Below are positions 50,901-63,943 of a stretch of DNA of 64,000 nucleotides, piece after piece. The notes beneath the pieces were generated by a model, which did no database searches, had not been told where the DNA came from, and was given only the letters and a program-made list of their open reading frames with translations. Location: NCBI RefSeq assembly GCF_006345805.1, contig NC_043007.1:58838001-58902000 (forward strand). The letters are read 5' to 3'. A program made the translations under genes and the position numbers. Each line of letters opens with the position of its first letter. The stretch's first letter is position 1. The DNA is from Octopus sinensis (lineage: Eukaryota).

Positions 50901-53900
50901 AACCTGGATTCAAAACATTGGACAAGAAGTGGCGTAGTTTTGTTGATGTCAAGCCAGCATGGTAAAGCAAATTCACAAACAGAAACTGTAACAAAAGCAT
51001 ACATTTTTACAATAAAACTTCATTACAAACTTATGGTCATTGACAAAGACTATATAAATACATGTATATTTTTCAGGTCAGATATTACTTAAGTTAAAAA
51101 AATATGTTGTATTTCTTTTAATCAATCTTATTCTCCAAGTCTTCAGATACTTTACTCTACAATACATTACTTGGATGCAGTTCCATGGTAGTCAATATGG
51201 GATTGGAGAGTAGATCAATCAAAACTGTGGAACAGAAATTATTAAGGTAGTCCATAGTCTGGGAATCAAACTAGAGTGAGAAGTATGGTTCTATGGACTT
51301 ATCTTTTATTTTTTAGTCAAGAGACAAGGCATTGTCTATTGCCCATTACAAGGCAATAGGTTAGATCCACCACCCAGAAAAATTTACACCCCAAAAGCAA
51401 AGAGCTAAAACAAATACCACAAGGTATCCAGACCAATGTTTTTATGGTTCTGTCAATCCACCATCTTGTATTGGTAGATTTTGTTTTTATTTAACTTCTG
51501 GAAGGATGAAGGACAAAGTTGACCACCAAAGGATTTGAACTCAGAAGGTAGAGGGTGGGAACAAATTCTGCAAAAACATTGACGATTTAATACTGTCTAT
51601 TCTTAAGAGAAATCAGATACAGAGAATAGCTTAAGGGAAGTTGGAGGTTTATTTAGTACACCGTACGAATGCTCATTTATTAGCTAGAGAAATTTATCTC
51701 CCTTAACCTTTTGATACCAAGCAACTTGGTTCTATGATACAAACACCCTGTTTTAAAATAATTTAAATTAAAAACTTCAAAATTCCATGTTAATTTCTAT
51801 TCCCAACACCAGCTTAAAAATGACTAAGCTATTTTACTAGACTCTTCATTATTTTCAAAATTAATAGAAAAAAATTAAATAAAGACAGTGTATTTCAACA
51901 GAAATATAGTAACGAATGGTGCTTGGTTGAGACAGTAACAAAGTTAAATTACAAATTAGACTAATTATAATTTATAAAGGCTGATTGAAGAGAGAGATAA
52001 ACTAAATGTATTATGCATTGTTTTATTCTTGCTTAAACCTTTTGTCACCATATTTCTTTTCAAATGCACTGCTTTTGTTTCAATTTTGAAAATTAAGAAT
52101 TTGGTAAAGCAACTTTTGTCATTATCGACTTTGTGTTTGGAACATAAATCAACATGAAGTTTGTATTGTAGAAACAGAGGCAGTCTTGGGTGGGTTGGTA
52201 TCAAACGGGTTAATAAGTGTTCATATTCCAGTAAAATCAATCAGATATTTATACCTCCAGGCTGGTAATATAAATACCAGTTATATAGTACGGGATACCA
52301 CAAATGACAATGTCAAGAGAGTATCTAATAACTGGTATTGTGATTGTGCAATGACTCATCAGTTAACATTCACATTCTATTCTGGCATGGGTTATGGCCA
52401 AAAAATTTAGATTTCAAAGAGTACCAGTATACTTGGAAATAAGTAGGGGCAGCAGTAAATCTGTTGAAACTGATGAGCTCTTCATTGACTGACAATAGCG
52501 ATTTCAACTTCTACAGGTAAGTGTTACCTCTGCATCAGATAGTCTTTCCGCAACTTTATACAACTGAAACCAAAAGTCAAGCTCCAAGCCAGTGGACTAC
52601 GCAAGGAAATCACATCTATACTGGTATGGGAAGAGATAATTACAATCATTCCTAAAATAAAATTTTAAAATGGTAAAAACCAGCCCTTTTCTGATCATAC
52701 TCCAGAAAAAACACTGAATTCGGCATTGCAAGTAAATGAAACATTAAAGTAAAATTCACTGCTCCAGCAAATTTTACAGCAATAGGAAGTTAACTGTGTT
52801 GTACCTACTCGTGTTCATTTAACCTGATAGAAATAGCAATGTAATATCCTTCAAATCACACCCTACAATCTGAAAAATGAAAAGTGACAGGTTTCACAGT
52901 TTGAACGTCTCCGATCGTAGTACTTTGACATCTGGCTCAACAATGAAATATGTAAATTATTTCAATGTATTGAAAATAATTTTAAAGATATATCTTAAAA
53001 GAAAAAAGGAGTACTGTCAAAAGTCACTAAAGCTCTTCTTGAGACATTCAAAGAACATTTAAAAGACTTTAAAATCATCGACAGCAGATATGTAACCACA
53101 TAAGCATCATACTTGGTAGTCCAGAGTACAAATTAGTAATGACTTATCTAATACACTTGTCAATATCCAAAATCCTTGATACCTGTTGGATAGATATGCA
53201 TTTGGATTCCTTTAAGCGACATCATTGAGAACACAGGTTTCATGTGTAAGAAGTTAAAAACCTAAAATTTATGTTACATGGACTTTAAATGATGATGATA
53301 ATGAACTGCATCCTTGCTGGGGTAATGCCTTTGAAAGTAATTTCAGTCTGGCATTTTATTGGTTTCTGAGTTTCACCTGCTAATCCATGGGTCATACAGG
53401 AACACAACATTTGTAGATTCCCTCTAAATTCCACTGAAGGTTATAGTAGTGGAGACTTCTATAAAGTGAAATGTGGTAGAACTGGAACTATGTAACTCTG
53501 AGGTAAAATTCTTAATCATACAGCCATCTAATAAGCATATTTTAAGAATGAAGAGGTAATAAAGAGAAAACAATTTAAAGACATTTTCACATTTCCCCGT
53601 AACTTAGCGGTTCGGCAAAAGAGCCCGATAGAATAAGTACTAGGCTTACAAAGAATAAGTCCTGGGGTTGATTTCCTCAACTAAAGGTGGGATTCCAGCA
53701 TGGCCACAGTCAAATGACTGAAACAAGTATAAGAATATATCCTGGATAAATAAAAAATATGGTAAATATGTTCATACACCATACTGTGGATATGAAATCA
53801 GGCAGTATTTGATAAAATTTTTTTTGTTTTTCTTTTGAAGACCCTTAGGATAACTATAGAAGCATATAGCAATAGTTATACAGCAAAACCATGTAAGAAC

Positions 53901-54295
53901 TGCAAATGACCTTTCGGAATTGTGCACAGATGTCTTTGGTAGTTTATGTTTGTGCTGCTGCATAAAGAGACTTGTAGGTTATCTTTAAGGATTTGACTCA
54001 CAACATTCATGTTATCTTTTGACAAACTTGGACACCCATTTCTTTCATGTACAGTAGTAGTTCATTTAAATGTTCACCTTTCTTATTTCATTATATTTCT
54101 TTGAATTAAGAACAAATCTAATTATTAAAATTCTAGTTATGAAGAATGTTTATAAAAAAAAAAACTAATCCATCTCACCTCAGATCATGCTGCGGTGTTA
54201 AAGTGAAGCTAAATTTTTCTAACTTGAAACCAGTTATAATCTGGAATTTAACAAATTCAGCCTGCTAATTTATACAACTATCAAATCATCTATTA

Positions 54296-55530
54296 TTAGG
54301 TTATTCCAAAAATAATGGCCAATTTCAGAAACAATTTTATTCTGGAAAAATTAATAGAAATGTTTTGATTAGTGAAAGTATGAGCTGTGAACAGCTATGC
54401 ATCTCTGCCATCTATCAACAAGATTATTTATGCCTTGTTGATAAAAACTTAGTGGCTTTGATGCTAAGATATCTTTGGACCTGAAAGCTTTATCACTTAA
54501 AAACGTTTAAATGCTTAAAAAAAAAAAAAAAAAAGTAGTCAGTGGATGAAAGATCAAGAGAATATGGAGGAGATAGTAAAGTCTCGTATCCCAAGTCTGT
54601 GAGTTTCTGCAGCATCATTCTTGCAACATGTGGTTTTGCATTACTGTGGAGCAGAATTGGGCAATGCTGATTCACCAATGCAGATCTCCATTTTTGCAAG
54701 TGAGCATGCATTTCAGCGAGTTGATTGCAGTAAACTTCTGCTGTAATGTTCTGATTGGTTTCCAGAAAGCTGTAATGGACAACACCAATTGCAGACCACC
54801 AGACAGCTACCATAATCTTTTGCTGATGCAACTTTGGCTTTGGGAAATGTTTGGGGAACTCCTCACAATCAAGCCATTGACCTTATTTACAGTTATCATA
54901 AAGGATCCACTTTTCATCACAAGTGACTATTTGGTCAAGAAAAGGATCACAGGTATTTTGCAGAAAGAGCATTGAGTACACTTCAAAATGCCAAACTTTT
55001 TGATTCTCATTGAGCTCATGCAGTACTCATTTACCGAGCTTTTTCACCTTACCAATCGTCTACAGATTGTGTGTGAGAGTTGTAATACTGACACCAAATT
55101 TTTTTGACGTGGATTTTGTTCAACAATTGCTTTCAATTGTTCATTGTCAAGGTTGCATGACTGTCTTCTACCTTCTTCATCTTCAAGGCTCTCATCCCCA
55201 CTATGGAATTTCTGAAGCCACCTTCGTACTGTGCAATCACTTGGGGACCCCTCTTCCCAGGCTCTGTTGTTATTGGCAGCAATTTGGGAGGCATTGTGCT
55301 CAAGTTTGAACTCCTGCAAGAAAAGTAAGCAAAGGTCCTTTTTTGTCATGTTCATAATTAAGGGCGCCTATGCTTCAAGAATATTTTCTGTATGAAATAA
55401 GTATAAAATTATTAAAGAGCATACATCAATTATTAAGTATGTTAAAATTCACCTAAAATATAATTAAAATACTATGATAAAATTGCATTTCAAAACATTT
55501 AGAGCAGCCATTATTTTCAGAACATCCTAA
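54296..55530 (-). mobile_element. Degenerate full-length mariner (cecropia/Hsmar1-like)
   Basis: TIRs ta|ttagg.t.ttc..aaaataatggc at both ends; QKIMVAVWWS...LLHSNAKPH...PPYSLDLSSTDY. Confidence 0.92.
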
Positions 55531-57176
55531 TAGAAGAGGCACCATTGAAGATCATTTCAAAGCATTCAAATTACTCTCTCCAATACAATGCTTATTTATT
55601 CACATTGCTTTGAATAATGCATTATCTTGAAGCTTTGAGATTTCAATGATGTAATTGTTTATTTTTAGAATGACATTGTAGGGTAGGTATGAAAGATTGA
55701 ATCTAGTTAGTTTGAACATAAAAAAATAGAATATCAGGGTGATCAAATAGCTTGCAATAATGAATTTTAAAAAAAATCATACTATTGGCTTGAAGAAAGC
55801 TAAGAAAACACTCACCAGCTACATAATATTTCTACAGCCTATAATGTACTTGCCAATTTACAATTAGCTAGACAGGTACAGTGAGGTAAGTTAGCAGCAA
55901 ATAAACCAATAGCTCAGTTGAGAATGATTAAAATCCAAAAAATTATAAAAATTGAAACTAACCACCACTCCTAGAAGGAAAACAAAATTAGTTTTAAATC
56001 TTGAGAATACAAATTAAAGGAAATACATTGATATTGGTTTTAAATTTTGGCACAAAGCCAGCAGTTTTGGGAGAGGGAGTAAGTCAATCACATCAACCCC
56101 AGTGCTCAACTGGTAGTTTTTTTTTTTTTAATCAACCCTGAGAGGATAAAAGGTAAAGTCAACTACTGTCGTGAAATTGGATGAAATGCTATTAAGCATT
56201 CTGCCAACTTGCCATCCAGGTAACTACATTAATATCACTTTCAAAGTTTAGCACAAGGCCAGCAATTTTAGGGGAGGAGGTAAATAGATTACATTAACCT
56301 AGTGTACTTATTCTATTGACTCCAAAAGGATGGAAGGCAAAGTCGACCTCAAAACATAAAGGTGGATGAAACACCACTAAGCATTTTACCTGGCCTGCTA
56401 ACGATTCTTCCAACTCACCACCCTGGGAACTACATCAATATCAAACATGGTTTAATGGTATAATAAAAATGATACAATATTATTGCCATCTTCATCACTA
56501 ATAATCTTGCCTAATGTGGATGTGTTTAGGATGGGAAGTCAAGAAAAGAGTCTGTAAAAAGATTATACTACTACTTTCATTTAAAAACAAAAAAAAATGT
56601 AACCTCTAAAATACATATTTTATCAGGACTATACACCTTTAATGTGGCAAGTAGAGCTAAAAAAAAAAAAAATTATTCTGTAAAGAATACCTAAAATATA
56701 GGCATAGCAGCAAGAATCATGGAAAAAGGAAAGTTATTTCCATTAAATGTTAATGCTGGATTCCTAGGCATACACATGTGGGAATGAATCTTCTGCCAGC
56801 TTCAACAAAGAGTATGCCAGTTCCTCTATCAACAGATCTACCTGCTCACTGACTTACAATGTAAATGATTGTATTCCAAACCTTTAAATGTAACACCCCA
56901 CCACTGACAGTGCATGACAAGGCTGGCCCCTTAATTATCAGGTACAGTCTATTTGGTAGGTTTTCATAGTTTCTATCTACATAAATTTTATTCACCAGGC
57001 TTTGATCAATTCAAGTCTAGAATAGAAGGCACATGTTAAAAGGTACCACACAGTGAGATTGAACCAAAAATCTCATGATTGTGAAACAAATATCTTAAAC
57101 CTGTCAGCATTCCTATACCCTTATACACACATCTGTCATGTAGTAGTGATAAGTTGTACAACAGGTTTTGGCTTTA

Positions 57177-57209
<33 letters not shown>

Positions 57210-57767
57210 ACAACAATGGCCAAAACAAAGAGAGAGAGGACAATAATATAAAATAGACATTGAGATAAAATTGCTTCCCTTAGTTGTTTTAGCTGATCTC
57301 TTCAAGAACATTTCTAACTGGTTTTAGTATTGCCGCTGTTATCATTAATTAGTTGATTTCAGCCCATTTTTCTTTTAAATTAAAAATATATGAATAAAAA
57401 AAATTTCATAAAAATTTCACTGTTCCTCTGTTCTTGGGCGGCAGAATTAACTGACTAGTTAGACACCACGTGGCACCAACCATTACAAGCATTTAGGCCC
57501 ATATTCCAGCCTAAGCAGAGTTTCCTTTCATCCACCAGTCCTGGACACTGCCTTCCTCCCTAAGAGTTTTGAAAGAAAGAAAAAGGAAAAAAATCAAACA
57601 TGCAACCAACCAGCCAACCACCCACACCAGACAAAATTCATAAATATTACAAATATAATTTTATCCTATGTTCAAACATGACCAAAATTAGGTTTTAAAA
57701 TCCCCTAAAGCTCACACGCAATATGAGCGTTTTGTGTGTGAAAGGAACAGTTGGACACAGCTGTTAA

Positions 57768-58999
57768 CCCTTTCGTTACCAAACCGCCCGAAAAAAATTT
57801 TGGTTAATGTGACCAAACCGCCCAAACCCGCCCGTATTTACCTATTCATATTTAAATCAGAATATCAGAGCAAATCTCTTTAGTACATTCGTGAAAACAC
57901 GTGATTATACTTCGTAAACAGTTCATCTACAGTTTTGTACAATGATTGAAGTGTAATTTTAATTCCGTGAATTTTGGGAGATTTTTTTCCAAAATTTGTT
58001 CCTATTGTGTTTTCAAAATTTGTAATTCTGACAAAAAATGGATACGAATTTCATTATATCAAGCAGCGAGTCAGAATTCGAAGGATTTTCTACTGAAGAC
58101 CTTGATAAATCTAACTCTATGACTGAAAAAAAAAAAGCACGTGGTATTTGATAATGAATCCGATGTTTCATTTTCTGAAAGTGAAAACAGTGAATCCAAA
58201 AGCTCCGACAGCAATAAAGAAAATGAATTGGCACCTGAATGGAGTGAAAATTTAAAAACTGTTTCTTTCGGTGATTTTTCTGAAGAAACTGGACCAAGCC
58301 ACAGACTTTCCCAGGAGAGTAAAGCCTTAGACTATTTCTTTTTACTTTTTCGAATGAGCCTATTTCAAACAGCGGAAACGAACCGTTACGCTAAATGTAA
58401 ACAAAGTGAAAGAAAGGATAGTTTGTGGTTTCCCACAACCTTAAATGAAATTAAGACTATTTTGCCAAAAATATTATTATGGGTATCAGAAAGTTACCCA
58501 AAAATATTATTATGGGTATCAGAAATTTACGGCGGAAACGAACCATTACGCTAAATGTAAACAAAGCGAAAGAAAGGATAGTTTGTGGTTTCCCACAACC
58601 TTAAATGAAATTAAGACTATTTTGCCATAAATATTATTATGGGTATCAGAAAGTTACCCAGAATAACAAATTCTATCGTAAAATTTTGTTGTATACCCAA
58701 TTGAATATTAGCTAATAACCCATTTTCTATAGTGATGTTTGAACAAAATTTTAATAATTTTATATTTTGTTGAATTTACCTGTATCTACCTGCAATTAGA
58801 GTCACTTCGTGACAAAAATTATAGTATAGAATTGGTTGAGAACATTTCATTAAATTATCTTCCAAAAATCACATTAATATATTGATAAATAAAAAAGTTA
58901 TAGTTGTTTAATGAAACCAGACTAAATTTATGATTATGTTAGAAATTAATTGAAACACATAAAGGGTGTATTTTGGTCAGAAATATAGTAACGAAAGGG
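57768..58999 (+). mobile_element. Internally deleted piggyBac with a transposase N-terminal remnant and a 160-bp internal duplication
   Basis: TTAA|CCCTTTCGTTAC...GTAACGAAAGGG|TTAA; LDYFFLLF...ETNRYA...WFPTTLNEIK is typical of piggyBac/PGBD transposases. Confidence 0.92.
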
Positions 59000-59510
59000 T
59001 TAAACATATATTAGTGTTAATTATATCTATAGAAATCACTTAGAATTTTCTTCACCAAATGAGCCTGTTTATCAAATATTTCTCTTTATTCAATATACAT
59101 AAAATCTATGTTATATTATTTATTATTTATGTATATATTATATATATATATATATTTTATATATATATATTATATATATGTATAGTTAATACCTGCTCTG
59201 TAAGCAAATAACCATTATAGAATAAACAGTTGTATGTAATCCATATCAAAATTGATGGGAAGTTTTGGTTAGAGCCCAGAAGTTAATAGTATAAACACCA
59301 GCATTACCATCATCATTATTTTGGCAATTCTTAATTTGAAAGAATTGAGCAGCATAGTTAATTTTATTTAATATTTTATATTTTTTGCTTTGTTTATTAT
59401 TTTATTTTAAAGAATGAAGCAGTCTCTTCAAAATCAATGGTAATTCATTTTTTTTGTTTCCAATTTCATTGAAATTGAAATCTGAAAAGTGCATAAGGTT
59501 AGGAATAGTC

Positions 59511-59662
59511 TCATGAATCAGAATCAAGTCTTCTGAATGAGGTTCCTAAATGTCGAACAGGCTTTATCATTTTTTCTCTAGCTTCTCGACGGCCATCTTC
59601 TTTGTGATCAAAAATACAGTTGTGCTGCTCTGGCAGTCGATGTGCTGCACAGAAGACATAAT
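59511..59662 (-). CDS. ZFAND3: ZFAND3-like last coding exon ([50 protein letters not shown])
   Basis: YVFC..HRLPEQH.C.FDH matches the AN1 finger of ZFAND3; ctttccag acceptor; TGA stop. Confidence 0.92.
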
Positions 59663-59926
59663 CTGGAAAGAGAAATGGAATTTCAACGAAACATTTGTGG
59701 ACAAACAGACACATACAACCAAAATGTAAAATCAGATCAACTAGTTTTGGCTAACATCTGTCTTTTTCTAGATTTGCAGAAACCCTCTTCACTGCTGAGA
59801 GAATATCTTGTTCTGTATGGAAAATGTAAATTAGATCAGATTACATTAACAAAGCTATGTAAAGCTGGCCAAGTAAATTGAGATACCAGTAGAGCATATT
59901 TGCGATTAAATTTTGTAAGGCTTTAA

Positions 59927-60288
59927 CCTTTTGATACCAACATCCAGCATTAAACTGATCTAAATTTAAACTTACTAAAGTGTTCACTATTTTAAAAATT
60001 AAGTGAAATAAAAAATATTGTACTTCAACAGAAATATTCTTTTCTACTCTAGGCACAAGGCTCAAAATTTTTTGGGGGGAGGCCAGTCAATTAGATCGAC
60101 CCCAGTATGCAACTAGTACTTAATTTATCGACCCTGAAAGGCAAAGTCAACCTCAGCGGAATTTGAACTCAGAATGTAAACTGCTACGCATTTTGCCCAG
60201 TGTGGTAACATTTCTGAAAACTCACTGAATGGAGTGAAAATTATTATGAGTATCAGAAATATTCAACAGAAATATTCTAACAAAAGGG
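59927..60288 (+). mobile_element. piggyBac-type MITE interrupted by a SINE; related copies at ~51713-51920, 52033-52212, 24560-24669
   Basis: TTAA flanks; shared ttcaacagaaatat(a)gtaac subterminal block; 17-bp direct repeat at 60024-60040 / 60262-60278. Confidence 0.7.
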
Positions 60289-60762
60289 TTAAACGAAAGT
60301 TGAAACTCACTGAACTGATTTACCATTCTGGTTGCCAAGAATTTTATAATCTAACAGTATTTCCACAGTAAGGATAACTATGTCTTTATTAAACTTGGTT
60401 TTAACAGTTTAAAAATTTGATTTTTAATGTAACACAGTAAAAACTAATTTGATCTAGGTGTGTAAGGTATTTTGTTCTCTGCTTTGTTGCACACACTTGA
60501 ATTATTGTAATTTTACTTTTATCTACCAATTAGTTTATAAAATACTCATTAAAATGAGATATCTATCCTCTTAGAAAAAGTAAAAGGTTTTCCTGTTGTC
60601 CTCAAGAGAAAAGATGAGAATACTGGCAATGATTTGTGATTCATACAACCCTATTAGTGTAAAATAGAGACATTTACTCCAGTGATCCAGGAAGATGTGA
60701 AAGTTTTTTCAAGACTTTAACTGATTTACAGAGAACCAAACTCAATGACAGCTGATAGTAAA

Positions 60763-60763
60763 C

Positions 60764-60802
<39 letters not shown>

Positions 60803-60865
60803 GAGAGGGTAGAGGAGCTAGAGGGAGGAAGAGGAGATAGAGAGAGGAGAGGAGAGAAAGAGACT
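60763..60865. repeat. (GT)n(GA)n compound microsatellite
   Basis: Direct reading. Confidence 0.9.
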
Positions 60866-61302
60866 GGGTTACATATCTGAAGGAACTCCATTTGAATTTC
60901 CTTTTGCAATTTTTTTGTTCTTTGTCAAACCTTATTAAGTGTTAAGGTTGCAAATCTATCATAAGACAACCCTATGCACAATCAACCCATGGATTGAGAT
61001 ATTTCAAAGAATATATAATCTGCAACAATACCACCTTCTATAATTTCTTGGGCAATAAGACCTATAAAATCTTTGTGTAAAGACACCACTCTGTATCATT
61101 TACAGGAAAAAGCTTTAACTCATTGAAAAATGTAGCAAAGCTTAAAAAGAAAGCAAACATACAATAATACAATAAATAGTTTGTAAGTTATTCTTTGGAA
61201 AACTTTCTGAACACTAACACAATAAAAAGCATCAGAACTAGCCAAAACCTTTCTCAATAATAAAATGGAACCTAGGTGAATGAAAATGCTTCAAATACTT
61301 AC

Positions 61303-61412
61303 CACAGCGGCACTGACCAATTTGACGTTGTGCTAATTCTAATTTGCATTTACATTGATAACATCTTTTCTTGTTCTTCTGTATTGGTTTGTCTTCCATT
61401 TCATCAATGGTT
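61303..61412 (-). CDS. ZFAND3: ZFAND3-like penultimate exon ([36 protein letters not shown])
   Basis: RC..C..KLEL......CRC is the first half of the AN1 finger; ttgtag acceptor; gtaagt donor; joins the last exon in frame. Confidence 0.93.
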
Positions 61413-61470
61413 CTACAAATATTAAGTACATATTATTAGCCATATTTTGTGAGAGTACTGGTTCACCTAC

Positions 61471-61526
61471 TTTTCAGTTGCCCTTTTCAAAGTTATCAAC
61501 ATTTTGACACCAGTTCTGCGCATCCC
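61471..61526 (-). CDS. Candidate ZFAND3 cassette exon, 56 nt (GMRRTGVKMLITLKRATEK)
   Basis: Strong pyrimidine-rich tttag acceptor and gtaggt donor; open only in the frame that joins the next exon across a 58-nt intron; no recognisable homology. Confidence 0.35.
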
Positions 61527-63015
61527 CTAAAAACCACAGAAAAGGCACAGAGAAACTAATTAAAATATTTACTGAGAGCAAGTTCTAACAGGAGCATGGA
61601 ATCATTTGGCACACTATGAGAGTCAAAAGACTAGATGAATTAAAGAATTTAAATAATCTAAAATAAATATATGAATAAAACAACTGGAAAATATCTGCTG
61701 ATCTTCAAACTAGATTTTTTAAGACTGGATTAAATAGGTTTTCATAAAACTGACTGTACAGAAATATTATAGTTAAAGACATCATCCAGTCAATCAACTA
61801 ACTTTGTAGGAATTATAGAGATTATTTCTAGCCTTTAACAGGTCACTAAATCAGGAGAAATACAAATTAAATGAAATCCTTACAGAGCAGGAAATGTTAT
61901 TCCTGAAATGGGAAAACTATTTTAATGTTCTTGGAGTTGCAGAAATGACACAAACTAGCTTTGGACCAATGATGAATAATAGTTGCTAGAGAAGCATTAT
62001 TATAATACTAGCAAGAGATATGATCAATATAAATCAGAATTGAAGAGTATTTCCTAACTTTCAATACTTTCAAAATTATATACAGAATTAATAAGATATC
62101 CACATTTAGTTGGATATAAAGATTACAGAAAATATGTTTTCCTGACAGCTAAAGTGATTAGGCCTGGGAAAGATATGCCTGACATCTCAGGTTACTATTT
62201 CAAACATGGCTCAGCAAATCTAATGGGACTGAAGACAATTCTTGAAAATCAGGCTTGCTTTATGTCCAAAAAATACTGACAAAACAATTAGATCAGACAA
62301 ATTAATAGAAGAGCTCTTTAAAACTCTGATACAGTGTTTCAATTTCTCTTGAACTGATCATATTTATAATTGAAGCAAGAGAAGCATACAAAGAATTGTG
62401 TTGAGGGTCACATCAAGAGAGATATAGCACAGCTGATTACATCATTTTCTTCTTGTAAGCCCTTAAAGTTATTCCATGATGATATATATCTATAATACTT
62501 CCATCACACTCAGAACAAGAATCCCAAAACATTTGACCATCTATTAGTGTTAAAAACAAGAGTTGCAATGACTAATGCACATTGATATAAGAATCCAGAA
62601 AGGTTTGATGTAGTCTTTGTTTCTAACACATTGGTTTATTAAATATTTATCACTGAAGTAGAAATTAAATGTAGGCCTTCAATCTACACTGATTAAAAAC
62701 ACAAGATGGATTTTGCTTTATTATCAATTTTCGAATAGTAGTCCTACAAGTTGTAGGATCTCTTGGTAAAATGGTTATTAATCAGGAAGATGCGTGTGTG
62801 TCTTATACCCATTTAACCAATGTCTACAGTGATATTCTACAAAATAAAGAGACCTGAACAAATCTGTATAAGGAAGAAATTAATAACCTTTATGCCCACC
62901 ACAACCTCATTAAATAAATTTTGAGGAAAATACTGGAATAAATTACAGTTTAGAAATCGGTATCAAACCAAACAATGCAAGGTTTATTTTAAACAGAGAT
63001 AAAAGCAAAGATTAC

Positions 63016-63100
63016 CTTTATTGCAAGGCATGTCACAAAGATCAGTACAATACAAAAACAATGTTTGGCCTGGACTTTGGATATAGCAAATGGATAAACT
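63016..63100 (-). CDS. Candidate ZFAND3 cassette exon, 85 nt (VYPFAISKVQAKHCFCIVLIFVTCLAIK)
   Basis: ttttcag acceptor and AAG|gtaatc donor; with the 56-nt exon it totals 141 nt and preserves frame. Confidence 0.3.
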
Positions 63101-63655
63101 CTGAAAATAGTACTCTCACCATGCAGAAACACTATGAAACACCTTGCAGCAAGAAACAAGGTTATAAACCATAAGTTAGCAGCAGTAGTAGTAAAATAAA
63201 AATGCTATTCATTTTACCACTTGTCTCTGATCATAAATTGAAGCTTGAACCTAAGTGATATTTTAAACATTTACCACACTCAATGGAACTTCTCAACAAA
63301 GCACAGTCTATGCAATTCACCATTCAGGTCATGCAAGCACGCGTCAGCAAACACATTAAGAGTTTTAAGGTGTGATAAATAAACTGGACTATAGTTCAGA
63401 AATATTCTCTCTCCTTCACACGCACACACACAATATTGCAGAAACAGGCTAGATAGTTAACATTTCTTATCCGCCTTTTCATGGGTTCGCAAATGTGTTT
63501 CAGGATTATAAACACAAAGTTCTTTTTGTCAGGAGTTATAACAAGAGTTGATGTGAGGTTTGAACCCTGAGGTACAAACTACAGAACTAAACACTGTACA
63601 ACCTATAACATAGTTCTGCAATGCCACATGTATTCACATTTGTTAATATAAGAGA

Positions 63656-63657
<2 letters not shown>

Positions 63658-63718
<61 letters not shown>

Positions 63719-63738
63719 CGTGTGCGTGCGCACGCACA
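63658..63738. repeat. (GT)n/(GCGT)n microsatellite
   Basis: Direct reading. Confidence 0.95.
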
Positions 63739-63907
63739 CAACCCTGCTTGCATATGAATAGTATATAACTTGGGAAAAAAAAACTTTTACCAATTGAATG
63801 AAAATGCATAATTTCATTCATTTATCCATTTTTGCCTTTTTTGATGTTGGCACAGGTTGGACTAATAAATTGAGGAATTATTTCACAACTAGATGCCCTT
63901 CCCTTAC

Positions 63908-63943
63908 CCGTTATTCATGTGAGAGATTTCGTATTTCACACAT
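63908..63943 (-). CDS. Candidate ZFAND3 cassette exon, 36 nt (CVKYEISHMNNG)
   Basis: cttcttcaaag acceptor and GG|gtaagg donor; symmetric phase 2-2, matching the downstream exons. Confidence 0.3.

Noticed and set aside
52186-52410. Plus-strand ORF containing NNWYCDC (LRRCT-like)
   Set aside because: Isolated short match with no upstream LRRs; its start lies in a MITE.
58141-58630. 137-aa ORF as a domesticated PGBD gene
   Set aside because: Lies between TTAA-flanked TIRs, is truncated, internally duplicated and lacks the catalytic domain.
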